DNA from: Candidatus Omnitrophota bacterium
Lineage (GTDB): Bacteria; Omnitrophota; Gorgyraeia; 2-01-FULL-45-10
Length of the DNA stretch: 32,000 nucleotides
NCBI GenBank assembly: GCA_023818895.1
Contig: JAMWCX010000002.1
Location: 410,821 to 442,820, forward strand
Reading direction: 5' to 3'
In this document: positions 1 to 7,806 of the stretch, piece after piece
How the letters are laid out: each line of letters begins with the position of its first letter
How positions within the stretch are numbered: position 1 is the first letter of the stretch
Translations under genes and position numbers: made by a program
Notes under the pieces: model-generated
Told to the model about the DNA's origin: nothing
Database searches by the model: none
Seen by the model: the letters and a program-made list of their open reading frames with translations, nothing else

Positions 1-82
1 CCACGAGCACCACGATGACTAAGACGCCATTAAAGAAAAATAGGCCATGGATTGTATTCTCTTTAATTCTGGAATAAGCCAT
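1..82 (-). CDS. Possible 5' end of a membrane-protein gene (pstC-like by position only); partial, runs off the window
   Basis: ATG at 82-80 is preceded by AAGGGA. The 27 codons (MAYSRIKENTIHGLFFFNGVLVIVVLV) end in a hydrophobic helix. It lies 30 nt downstream of pstS. Too short for a family assignment. Confidence 0.3.
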   Translation of the reverse strand, partial: MAYSRIKENTIHGLFFFNGVLVIVVLV

Positions 83-93
83 GGCCTATTTTT
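36..93. repeat. Perfect 15-bp inverted repeat (AAAAATAGGCCATGG / CCATGGCCTATTTTT) with a 28-nt loop, directly after pstS
   Basis: Arms at 36-50 and 79-93 are exact reverse complements. On the minus-strand transcript the GC core is followed by a U-rich tract. The 5' arm contains the candidate ATG at 82-80. Confidence 0.7.
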
Positions 94-112
94 CCCTTAC
101 GATACTTATAAA

Positions 113-1054
113 TTATTTTGCGTATTCGCCCTGAACTGATCTGACCTTACCAGCAAGTGGTTGACTAACCTCATAACTTCTGCCCAGAGTCGAGTCATTA
201 TACCTCTGGTATTCCTCAGGAATGGCGAAAAACCCCTCTTTTTCGATGATCGCCTGTCCTTCACTACTGAGCTCGAACTCAAGAAAATCTTTAACTACTC
301 CTGTAGGGATACCATTAATATACTGATTAAGCGGCCGCGAAACAGGGTACTTACCACTCTTCACATCAGCGCTGTTTAACGGACTGTAGTAACCCAAGGC
401 TGGATTACGCGCAACATCAAGCACTGTAATGCCACTGGCGTCTTTCGCATACCCAACCCCTACGTAACCAATACCGGATTTGTCCTGTTTTATCGCCTCT
501 ATGATTTGCGCGTTGCCATTCATACTCTTAAGTGCTGAAGAGTATTCGCCTTTCATCACGACCTCTTTCATGAAGTCGTAAGTTCCGGAATTAGATTGTC
601 TTCCGTACAGTGTAATAGGCAAGTTCTCGCCGCCGACATCTGCCCAGTTCGTAATTTCTCCTCTATATATCTTGCCGATTTGGTCAATCGTCAGTTTCTT
701 AACTGGATTTTGAGCATTTGTGACAATGCTTAAGCCGTCTATCGCAACAACCACACGCTTAGGATCAACTCCTTTGGCCATTGCTTTCTCAACCTCTGAT
801 GCCTTCATATCGCGTGAAGCGTTGGCAATATCGCATGTTTTGTTTATCATAGCCGCTATACCTGTACCCGAGCCGCCGCCGGTAACGGCAATCATCGTTC
901 CTGGCTTTTTAGCCATATATACTTCGGCAAGTTTCTGCACTACATTAATGAGAGTATCGGAGCCTTTAATCTGTATCATATCCTTTGCCCAACACAGATG
1001 GGCACTGAATAAACCTATAAGCAAAAATACAATTATTTTTCGTAATCTGTTCAT
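113..1054 (-). CDS. pstS: Phosphate ABC transporter substrate-binding protein PstS
   Basis: 313 aa with an N-terminal signal peptide. Carries the GSDTL and TGGGSGTG motifs typical of the PstS family. RBS GGAAAGGTGA. Phased Pho boxes lie upstream, and phoBR is nearby. Confidence 0.9.
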   Translation of the reverse strand: MNRLRKIIVFLLIGLFSAHLCWAKDMIQIKGSDTLINVVQKLAEVYMAKKPGTMIAVTGGGSGTGIAAMINKTCDIANASRDMKASEVEKAMAKGVDPKRVVVAIDGLSIVTNAQNPVKKLTIDQIGKIYRGEITNWADVGGENLPITLYGRQSNSGTYDFMKEVVMKGEYSSALKSMNGNAQIIEAIKQDKSGIGYVGVGYAKDASGITVLDVARNPALGYYSPLNSADVKSGKYPVSRPLNQYINGIPTGVVKDFLEFELSSEGQAIIEKEGFFAIPEEYQRYNDSTLGRSYEVSQPLAGKVRSVQGEYAK

Positions 1055-1115
1055 ACTTTCACCTTTCCTTTTTACATTATTTATATTTTTTGACTATAGA
1101 AGAATATCCTGCGCC

Positions 1116-1159
1116 GGTGACATAATTGTGACAAGCTTGTGAACTCTTTGTGAACTTTT
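1116..1159 (-). promoter_or_regulatory. Four tandem Pho-box-like repeats at exact 11-bp phasing upstream of pstS
   Basis: Plus strand reads GGTGACATAAT TGTGACAAGCT TGTGAACTCTT TGTGAACTTTT, with repeats starting at 1116, 1127, 1138 and 1149. On the coding strand these are TTCACA/GTCACA hexamers, matching E. coli CTGTCA(T/C) and B. subtilis TT(A/T/C)ACA half-sites. A candidate -10 TATAGT lies at 1093-1098 (minus). Confidence 0.65.
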
Positions 1160-1172
1160 AAGCCGTTCAGAA

Positions 1173-2597
1173 TCAGAATTTAGTTACAACGTCAATCTGC
1201 AGCTCGTTCCAGGGTTGGACTTTGTCCCAGCTTTTGATCGGCTTCATCCAATAATATTCGAAATTGAGTGTCGTATTCTTAAGCAGCTGATATTCAAAGG
1301 CCATATTGATACCCTTGCCGTTCGTACCCCCTTCGGCCGGATATCCGTTAGTAAAATTATTGGCAGCGGTAGCGTTCTGCCATGTCCCAAATCCATAGAA
1401 ATCCGAATCGGGCATGAAATCCGGGATAGCATTGCGCTCAATAAATCTCCATTCTGCACGCGCCTTCCAATCGCCTGGTTCTTTGAGTTTCTTCTTGCCT
1501 ATATATCCTCCTAACAGCGCACCCTTATTCATCGTCTGGTCGTGACAACCAGTATTGTAGATGAAGTCTGCATAAAACCCGTGCGGAAAAGACCAGTCAC
1601 CTATCTTTGAGTTATCTATATTTATAAGAAGATCTAACACGTTGAACTCATATGCGTAAGTACCGAGAAGGGCCGAATTGGCCGACACCGCCACAAGTCC
1701 GCCTATATCGCGCTCCGATACGCGGGTATTTGTGCCAGCGCTTGCTGTGTTTGGCGTTTTATTCTTCAAGTTTGCGAAATTGTAGAAAGTTGCCGCTACA
1801 TTTAAAATAGAATCAAGAGGACCAAATGCTTCTGTCTTAATCCCCATCTGCCAAGCAAAAAGGAGGGGATCGGTATTCAGATTTGCCGCTTCATTTAACC
1901 AATGCATGCCTGTATTCGAATAAAAATTTATGCTCGGCAGATTGTACAACTTTATATCCGGTGAGGAGTATTGCAGTGCCATACCTGTAGGATTTATATC
2001 CGAATCCCAGACCATCTCAGAATACTCATATGGTATGGCAAACTTTCCAGCCCACAGCTTCAGGTCGCTGAAATACTGACCATATTTTCTTATTAGCTCG
2101 CTTGGGGCCTCAAACCTCATATAATATTGATCAAACATGGTAAAATCCTTCTCAAAATAGCCATCCATCGTGTCATTGGTAGAGCGGGATCCTGTGCCAC
2201 CACCCGCAAACCGCACCCCCGCATATGTGAAATCATTAACTTTGCCTTCCATATAGAAGCGGCCGCGAATCCTTTCCCTTATTCGCTGTTCATCAAGGCC
2301 TGCCACGTTATTAGATGTCGGCGACTTCCCCCAGTCTCCCTGAGTCCTGAACCTCACATCTCCGCCCCACTTTATCCTCTGACTCCATCCAGGCGCAGAG
2401 ATAGACTTAGCCTGCGAGAGATCCTTCGAGGCTTGTAGTTTAGTCTCATCCGCGATTATCTGCGCCTCAGCGGGAGTAAGAATATTTTTCTCCACTAATT
2501 TGGTAAGAAGGATATCGATTTCACCTGCTTGCGCCCGACTTGTCCAATATCCCAGGAATAATATCGTTATCATAAAAATTAACATCGTTTTTTTCAT
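1173..2597 (-). CDS. Outer-membrane porin, putatively phosphate-selective by context
   Basis: ATG at 2597 has a strong RBS (AAGGAGAGGTG); the track start at 2618 has none. Signal peptide ends in AQA. An amphipathic N-terminal segment is followed by a long beta-rich region ending in ...VVTKF (C-terminal aromatic, typical of OM barrels). It sits between the Pho-regulated small ORFs and pstS. Confidence 0.7.
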   Translation of the reverse strand: MKKTMLIFMITILFLGYWTSRAQAGEIDILLTKLVEKNILTPAEAQIIADETKLQASKDLSQAKSISAPGWSQRIKWGGDVRFRTQGDWGKSPTSNNVAGLDEQRIRERIRGRFYMEGKVNDFTYAGVRFAGGGTGSRSTNDTMDGYFEKDFTMFDQYYMRFEAPSELIRKYGQYFSDLKLWAGKFAIPYEYSEMVWDSDINPTGMALQYSSPDIKLYNLPSINFYSNTGMHWLNEAANLNTDPLLFAWQMGIKTEAFGPLDSILNVAATFYNFANLKNKTPNTASAGTNTRVSERDIGGLVAVSANSALLGTYAYEFNVLDLLINIDNSKIGDWSFPHGFYADFIYNTGCHDQTMNKGALLGGYIGKKKLKEPGDWKARAEWRFIERNAIPDFMPDSDFYGFGTWQNATAANNFTNGYPAEGGTNGKGINMAFEYQLLKNTTLNFEYYWMKPIKSWDKVQPWNELQIDVVTKF

Positions 2598-2634
2598 TAA
2601 ACACCTCTCCTTTTTCATATTTTTGGCTACCCTA

Positions 2635-2853
2635 TTAATTTATATGCTCGAAGGCTGCCTTACGGATCTTCTTGAGTTTATTCTCGATCTCGCGCATTTG
2701 ACTAGCATAATATGCGCGCTGCTCTTTCCATCGCTCATCTGTCTCCATTTGGCAAAGGATCGCTTTAAGGTGATCCGCCTGAGCTCTCACGCTCCCTATT
2801 ATAAGCTCATCTGCAAACAATTCCTCACCCCCTTTCTTATAAACTTGGAGCAT
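2635..2853 (-). CDS. Hypothetical 72-aa charged, helical protein
   Basis: ORF with RBS GAGGGT. Its stop lies 16 nt (by track start 2618; 37 nt from the preferred ATG 2597) before the porin start, and it is co-directional with the Pho block. No recognisable motif. Confidence 0.5.
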   Translation of the reverse strand: MLQVYKKGGEELFADELIIGSVRAQADHLKAILCQMETDERWKEQRAYYASQMREIENKLKKIRKAAFEHIN

Positions 2854-2961
2854 ATAATTACCCTCTATCGCCTATAGAAATTATCCATGTGAGCAAGTTC
2901 GGCATGACAGATTTGTATCAACCAATTCCCAATAGCGCGAATTGCTGTGATTAATAATTCT

Positions 2962-3171
2962 CTAAACATATATCGAGTGCTCCATATCAATGTTTATAGG
3001 ACTAAGTGTGGCAACGTCTTTGGTGCTTCCGCTGCAAAAAACCGGACAGAGTTCATAGAGACTAAAGCAGTAGTTTTCTCTTTCGAACAAAGACGGAACC
3101 ATGCCATCGGCCATGCGATGATTACAAATGGCAAGTTCACTTTTGGAACTTATGCATGGACACAGTGTCAT
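2962..3171 (-). CDS. Hypothetical 69-aa Cys-rich protein (CPC...C-x-H...C...CPVFC)
   Basis: Strong RBS AGGAGGG is 4 nt (3172-3175) upstream of the ATG at 3171. Six Cys and one His are arranged like a metal or Fe-S ligand set. It follows the 48-aa ORF by 28 nt. Confidence 0.55.
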   Translation of the reverse strand: MTLCPCISSKSELAICNHRMADGMVPSLFERENYCFSLYELCPVFCSGSTKDVATLSPINIDMEHSIYV

Positions 3172-3199
3172 TTTCCCTCCTGCAATTACCTAAAATACA

Positions 3200-3346
3200 C
3201 TATTGATCGTCTTCGCAACATCGTTTCCACATTTCAATGATAAAAGCGGTTTTGTTTCGATTAGGCCTGACGAAACGAAATAGTAGCCATAAAAAAGTTA
3301 TCAGCAAAGCGACCGCTATGATTATCTGTAATATATCGCCTATCAT
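3200..3346 (-). CDS. Unlisted 48-aa small membrane protein (MIGDILQIIIAVALLITFLWLLFRFVRPNRNKTAFIIEMWKRCCEDDQ)
   Basis: Below the ORF-track size cutoff; translated by hand. ATG at 3346 is preceded by AAGAGGTGA. It has one TM helix and then a basic tail with a CC pair. It is the first ORF after the second Pho-box set. Confidence 0.5.
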   Translation of the reverse strand: MIGDILQIIIAVALLITFLWLLFRFVRPNRNKTAFIIEMWKRCCEDDQ

Positions 3347-3385
3347 CTCGTCACCTCTTTTTTCACTGCAAGTATAACTTCAAGA

Positions 3386-3429
3386 GGTGACAAAATCCTT
3401 AACGGAATGTAAATTGTGTGTGAACTTTA
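3386..3429 (-). promoter_or_regulatory. Second set of 11-bp-phased Pho-box-like repeats, upstream of the small-ORF/porin unit
   Basis: Plus strand reads GGTGACAAAAT CCTTAACGGAA TGTAAATTGTG TGTGAACTTTA, with repeats starting at 3386, 3397, 3408 and 3419. The outer repeats are identical to those at pstS; the inner two are degenerate. A candidate -10 TATACT lies 9 nt (3377-3385) downstream on the minus strand, similar to the E. coli pho-box/-10 spacing. Confidence 0.5.
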
Positions 3430-3452
3430 CAGAGGCGATGTCAGATAGACTT

Positions 3453-5225
3453 TTAAGCTACTGGGATGGTAAAGCTGAAAGTGGAGCCCTTACCGGGAGT
3501 TGACTGAACCCATATCTGACCGTTATGGGCCTGGACGATATGTTTTACTATAGATAGGCCCAGCCCTGTACCGCCAAGCTCCCTAGAACGGGCTTTATCA
3601 ACCCGGTAGAATCGCTCGAATATGCGAGGGAGGTCTTTTTCAGATATGCCGATTCCGGTATCCGAGATATCGATCTGGACGGCCTTATCCTTTAATGAGG
3701 CGCGCAGAATAACTTTCCCGCCTGCGGGGGTATATTTTACGGCGTTGTCCAGAAGATTTAAAAAAACCTGCACAAGCCGCTTTTCATCCCCCATGACACA
3801 GGGTAAACCGGAAGGAATGTCCAGTGTGACGGCTATCGATTTATCCTTTGCTGATTTTTCCAGAACATTGAAACAGCGCCTTGCTATAGGCGCAATATCC
3901 AGCTCTTCGAGTTCCATTTTCATCTTGCCGGATTCTATCCTGGAAAGGTCGAGAAGATCATCTATCAGGTTCGCCAGGCGATTCGAATCCTGGTAGATTA
4001 TTCCCAAAAAATCCCTTACGGTCTCTTCGCTGTCAGCCTTTCCGTCCAAAAGGGTTTCCGCATATCCCTTGATGCTCGATATAGGAGTGCGCAATTCATG
4101 TGACACGTTCGCCACAAAGTCCTTGCGCATATCCTCAAGGCGCTTGAGCTCAGTAATATCATGAAAGACAAACACGGCGCTTTCAATCTTATTGTCCTTA
4201 ACAATTGGAATACCATTTATGAGAACGGTCTTTTTCTCAGGCATAGAGATTCTGACTTCCTTGGTTATGAACTCATTTTTACCGTTCAAAACCTTGTCTA
4301 CTATCTCTTGAACCTCATTATTCCTTATGACTTCCAGGGGTCGTTTCCCCTCCGGCGGCGAATCGATCAGAAAGAGTTTTCTAATTGACGGATTTGCCAG
4401 TGATATTTCGCCGCGTTCGTTGGTAAGCAATATGCCTTCGAACATACTTGCTAATATCGCTTCCAATTTTGCCTTTTCAGAGGAGAGGTTTTTTACTTCG
4501 GCGCTTAGTTGCTCGGCCATCTCATTAAGCGCGGATGCAAGGTCTCCTATTTCGTCATTAGCATGAATTATCGCCTTGCGAGAAAAATCGCCGGCCGCAA
4601 GGCGTTTGGCGATAACAGACATCTCACATAGAGGACGAGATATCATGATTGATACCAGGAAGCTTGCTCCAAGCGTAGCGATGATGGCAAATATTGTCAC
4701 GGCAGTTATCGCCTTCAACATCTTCGATTCGATCATCTCGATATCAGAAAGCGGGATAGCAAGTCTGAATATGCCGGTTATTTTTTCCTTCCCTAGCGGA
4801 ACCGCCATATAAAGCATATCTTTTTTTATAGTGGTGCTGAAGCGTTTGCTCTGTCCGAAACCTTTTTGAACGGCATTCTGAACCTCGGTCCGCGTTATGT
4901 GATTTTCGATATTCGCCAAACTTTTATCATCAAGTTCCGAGTCACCAATAACGACGCCATCCGGCGCTATTATTGTCGCCCTTGCGCCCAAAGCGGCATC
5001 GATCCTTTTGGCAAGGCTATTGGCACCGGCGGGACTTATCGGCTGGCTTAATTCATTATCCAGGAAATCCTTGCTAAGCAATAGATCCTTTTTGAGGGTA
5101 TCCTGGATGCGCGTTTCGATATATATTTTGAGATTGGTATTAAGGTAAAAATATACGGCGGTCAGAATAATTAATATTAGAGAACAAAAAATAAATGTCA
5201 ACTTCCAGTAGATCCTAACTCTCAT
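3453..5225 (-). CDS. phoR: Phosphate-regulon sensor histidine kinase (PhoR-type)
   Basis: 590 aa. Two TM helices flank a periplasmic domain of about 150 aa, followed by HAMP, PAS, the H-box SHELRTPISSI, the N-box LLDNAVKYT and the G-boxes DTGIGI and GGTGLGLSIV. It overlaps the phoB stop by 11 nt. Confidence 0.85.
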   Translation of the reverse strand: MRVRIYWKLTFIFCSLILIILTAVYFYLNTNLKIYIETRIQDTLKKDLLLSKDFLDNELSQPISPAGANSLAKRIDAALGARATIIAPDGVVIGDSELDDKSLANIENHITRTEVQNAVQKGFGQSKRFSTTIKKDMLYMAVPLGKEKITGIFRLAIPLSDIEMIESKMLKAITAVTIFAIIATLGASFLVSIMISRPLCEMSVIAKRLAAGDFSRKAIIHANDEIGDLASALNEMAEQLSAEVKNLSSEKAKLEAILASMFEGILLTNERGEISLANPSIRKLFLIDSPPEGKRPLEVIRNNEVQEIVDKVLNGKNEFITKEVRISMPEKKTVLINGIPIVKDNKIESAVFVFHDITELKRLEDMRKDFVANVSHELRTPISSIKGYAETLLDGKADSEETVRDFLGIIYQDSNRLANLIDDLLDLSRIESGKMKMELEELDIAPIARRCFNVLEKSAKDKSIAVTLDIPSGLPCVMGDEKRLVQVFLNLLDNAVKYTPAGGKVILRASLKDKAVQIDISDTGIGISEKDLPRIFERFYRVDKARSRELGGTGLGLSIVKHIVQAHNGQIWVQSTPGKGSTFSFTIPVA

Positions 5226-5907
5226 CTTCTTCCTTGAATTTATATCCGAGCCCCCTTACCGTTTCGATGAGATCACCGGATCTGCCCAGCTTTTCCCTAA
5301 GGCGCTTGATATGCGTATCGATGGTGCGGGTATCAATGTCCGAATCCATCTGCCAGACATCAGACAATAAATTCTCTCGCGTCTGAACGCGGCCGCGCCT
5401 CTCTATTAAAGTCGTCAGTAATTTGAACTCCATCTGGGTGAGCTCTATCAACTTATTCTTAACGATAACCTTATGTTTTGGTATATCCACTGTTATGTCG
5501 TCTGCCTTTAAAATATCTTTTTTTACGCTTTCGACCTTACCTCTTTTAAGGATGGCTTTTACTCTGAGCACTAATTCTCTCGGACTGAATGGCTTTACAA
5601 TATAGTCATCCGCACCCAGTTCAAGGCCCACTATCCTGTCAACTTCTTCACCTTTTGCTGTCAACATTATAAGAGGTATATCTTTGAGCCTTTCCTTCTC
5701 TCTTACGGTACGGCAGAGTTCATACCCATCCATGCCGGGAAGCATAATATCAAGGATCATAAGATCGAAATTCTCGGCATCAAGCATCTCGATGGCCTTC
5801 TCGCCGCTTGCGGCAACCGCGCACTCGTATCCGGCCTTCTCAAGGTTAAATTTGACCAGTTTAGATATATTTTTATCGTCTTCTACGATTAGTATATGCG
5901 CTTTCAT
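5215..5907 (-). CDS. phoB: OmpR/PhoB-family response regulator
   Basis: 230 aa. Receiver motifs are ILIVEDD, LMILDIMLPGMDG and KPF. The C-terminal winged helix ends in RGLGYKF. It is adjacent to phoR and pstS. Confidence 0.85.
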   Translation of the reverse strand: MKAHILIVEDDKNISKLVKFNLEKAGYECAVAASGEKAIEMLDAENFDLMILDIMLPGMDGYELCRTVREKERLKDIPLIMLTAKGEEVDRIVGLELGADDYIVKPFSPRELVLRVKAILKRGKVESVKKDILKADDITVDIPKHKVIVKNKLIELTQMEFKLLTTLIERRGRVQTRENLLSDVWQMDSDIDTRTIDTHIKRLREKLGRSGDLIETVRGLGYKFKEEDES

Positions 5908-5932
5908 TATAAACTTTCCCCTTTTTGAGTGT

Positions 5933-5941
5933 ATTATATCA
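5933..5941 (-). promoter_or_regulatory. Candidate extended -10 promoter (TGATATAAT) for phoBR
   Basis: Minus strand reads TGATATAAT about 25 nt upstream of the phoB ATG. No good -35 and no phased Pho repeats were seen upstream. Confidence 0.4.
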
Positions 5942-6079
5942 AAATGGATTAAATTTTGCGAGCTGTAAGGTGGAAAGCCTTTTGCGGATTAATCGCAATC
6001 TGCCATACTGATGAAAACCAGGGACGGTATAACAAACGAGAGTTTTATACAACCTTATGTTTTTTGATACGGCGTTACG

Positions 6080-6772
6080 TTAGATGACGAAAAATATGTG
6101 TGCCAGCACATAGTATATGCCTGCGAGGATAAATATAGCGCCTGTGAATTTGCGGGCATATACCTCGATCCTTGTCACATGGCCGAACCACTTGAAGATC
6201 GACTTAACTCCAAACGCAATAGCCATGGCAAACACCAGGACGGGTAATGCTGTCCCGACACCATAGACAAGCGGCAGGGTAAGGCCGAATTTATGGCCGA
6301 ACGATAACGGCATGAGGCTGCCGAAGTAGAGTGCCGCCGAGATAGGGCAGAAAGAGAGAGCGAAGATAAGGCCCAAAATAAAAGCCCCGCCGAGGCCTGA
6401 GTCGGCCAGCTTCTTTTGTTTTTCATCGGATATGGTGCGGCTTGCAAATTGGAATTTTATGAGGCCAATGAGGTAGAGACCCGTCAGAAGAAGCAGCGGC
6501 CCAAGGATCTTGTTCATGTATTTCTGCAAGAATATGGCGGCCACCGGAACGCTGACTACGGAATAGATGATGGCGAACCCGAGAACGGCATAGGTGGCTG
6601 CCCTGCCCAGCGTATAACATATTCCCGACCAAAGCACGGCCTTTTGATGCTCGATCTTTTTGGAGAGGAACGAGACTGCCGCTATATTCGTCGCGAGCGG
6701 GCAGGGGCTGATGGAGGTAAGGATACCGAGCCACAACGCGGTAAGAAATCCGGTCAGCACTTCATTCATCAC
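6080..6772 (-). CDS. CcdA/DsbD-type transmembrane thiol-disulfide (electron transfer) protein; same architecture as ArsG-family annotations
   Basis: 230 aa with about 6 TM helices. Carries the SISPCPL motif in TM1 and a second FCPIS motif. Its start overlaps the upstream stop (ATGA). Confidence 0.8.
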   Translation of the reverse strand: MMNEVLTGFLTALWLGILTSISPCPLATNIAAVSFLSKKIEHQKAVLWSGICYTLGRAATYAVLGFAIIYSVVSVPVAAIFLQKYMNKILGPLLLLTGLYLIGLIKFQFASRTISDEKQKKLADSGLGGAFILGLIFALSFCPISAALYFGSLMPLSFGHKFGLTLPLVYGVGTALPVLVFAMAIAFGVKSIFKWFGHVTRIEVYARKFTGAIFILAGIYYVLAHIFFVI

Positions 6773-7200
6773 AGCTCTTTCAGATACTTTGATATCTCAT
6801 CTTTGACATAGGCCTTGAACTTATCGCCGCTTCTTAAGAAATCCCATACTTTTCCGAGGTTGTTGAACTTGACCTCTTTTCCGTCTTTCACCAGCGAGAG
6901 CACAACGGATTTAGTAAAGAGCCCATAATCACTTATGTAATGCTTGTTGCCCTTGGTCTCCACATTTATTATTTTCAAAGTAAGCTTCCCGATCGCTTGC
7001 TCGCCCTGAAAGTCGGAATCGACCAATTCCCTGGTCCACTTTTCCATATTGTAGCAACTAGGGCAGCGGAAATTCGTATGGAAGTAATATACGACTACAT
7101 GGTTTGCCTGAGGCGCTGCGGCTTCTGCCGCGAGCACGAACTCTGCGCCACACCAGGCTACAACCGTTACCAACATTAACGCTAATGCGATTTTTTTCAC
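6769..7200 (-). CDS. Secreted thioredoxin-like CxxC protein (ArsF-family-like partner of the CcdA-type protein)
   Basis: 143 aa. GTG start with RBS AGGGAG, a signal peptide, and the motif VVVYYFHTNFRCPSCYNME. Translationally coupled to the CcdA-like gene. Confidence 0.65.
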   Translation of the reverse strand: MKKIALALMLVTVVAWCGAEFVLAAEAAAPQANHVVVYYFHTNFRCPSCYNMEKWTRELVDSDFQGEQAIGKLTLKIINVETKGNKHYISDYGLFTKSVVLSLVKDGKEVKFNNLGKVWDFLRSGDKFKAYVKDEISKYLKEL

Positions 7201-7218
7201 GGTTAAGCTCCCTTTTTA

Positions 7219-7581
7219 TTAAGGATTCTCGCTGATAGTTTTCTTGATGGCTGCTATAGCTTCGGCCGTAGTCTTGTTCCGTATATCGAGCGGTACGTGT
7301 TTCGCCTTACCAAATCCTACTGCTTCAAACGCGTCTCTGAACATCTTCTGCTGCATCAATGGATCGCACGCCGCGATATAGAGCTTGTCTATGTCCTTGT
7401 TATCCAGCAGTATCTTAAGATACCTGTCGCCGTCATCCGCACAAAGCTGAGGGTGTAGAGCGACAAAATCCACGACCTTCTCCCGGCGAAGGGCATTTAA
7501 GACCTCCATCGTATCCATGTTCTTAAACGACGGGCATGTACCCTGGCAGACGCATAGGATAAATCCTTTTTTACCGGCCAT
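7219..7581 (-). CDS. Hypothetical 120-aa cytoplasmic Cys-rich protein (ILCVCQGTCPSF ... LCADDG ... AACDP)
   Basis: RBS AGGAGG. The N-terminal C-x-C-x3-C pattern recalls the CxCG segments of HdrA/MvhD-type redox proteins, but I cannot assign a family by eye. Confidence 0.6.
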   Translation of the reverse strand: MAGKKGFILCVCQGTCPSFKNMDTMEVLNALRREKVVDFVALHPQLCADDGDRYLKILLDNKDIDKLYIAACDPLMQQKMFRDAFEAVGFGKAKHVPLDIRNKTTAEAIAAIKKTISENP

Positions 7582-7590
7582 ATCATCCTC

Positions 7591-7797
7591 CTATTTCTTG
7601 TCCCCGAAAAACGTGATCGCCTTCTGTTCGCAGATTTTGCCGCACCCCTTGCAGAACTCTACGCAGTTTTCGGGATGGGCTACTACCGGTTTGCCATCGG
7701 GGCCTTTTTCAAATACACCGTTAGGGCAAAAGTTGAGACACATCATACATCCGACACATTTCTTACGGTCTATGATCGGATACCAGTTCTTGGCCAT
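7591..7797 (-). CDS. 2x[4Fe-4S] ferredoxin
   Basis: 68 aa with two cluster motifs, CVGCMMCLNFCP and CVEFCKGCGKICE. Confidence 0.85.
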   Translation of the reverse strand: MAKNWYPIIDRKKCVGCMMCLNFCPNGVFEKGPDGKPVVAHPENCVEFCKGCGKICEQKAITFFGDKK

Positions 7798-7806
7798 ATC
7801 TCAAAC

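Noticed and set aside
2904-2910. A single exact E. coli-type Pho half-site (CTGTCAT on the minus strand) in the gap between the 69-aa and 72-aa ORFs.
   Set aside because: It is isolated, with no partner repeat at 11-bp spacing, so it is not called as a Pho box.
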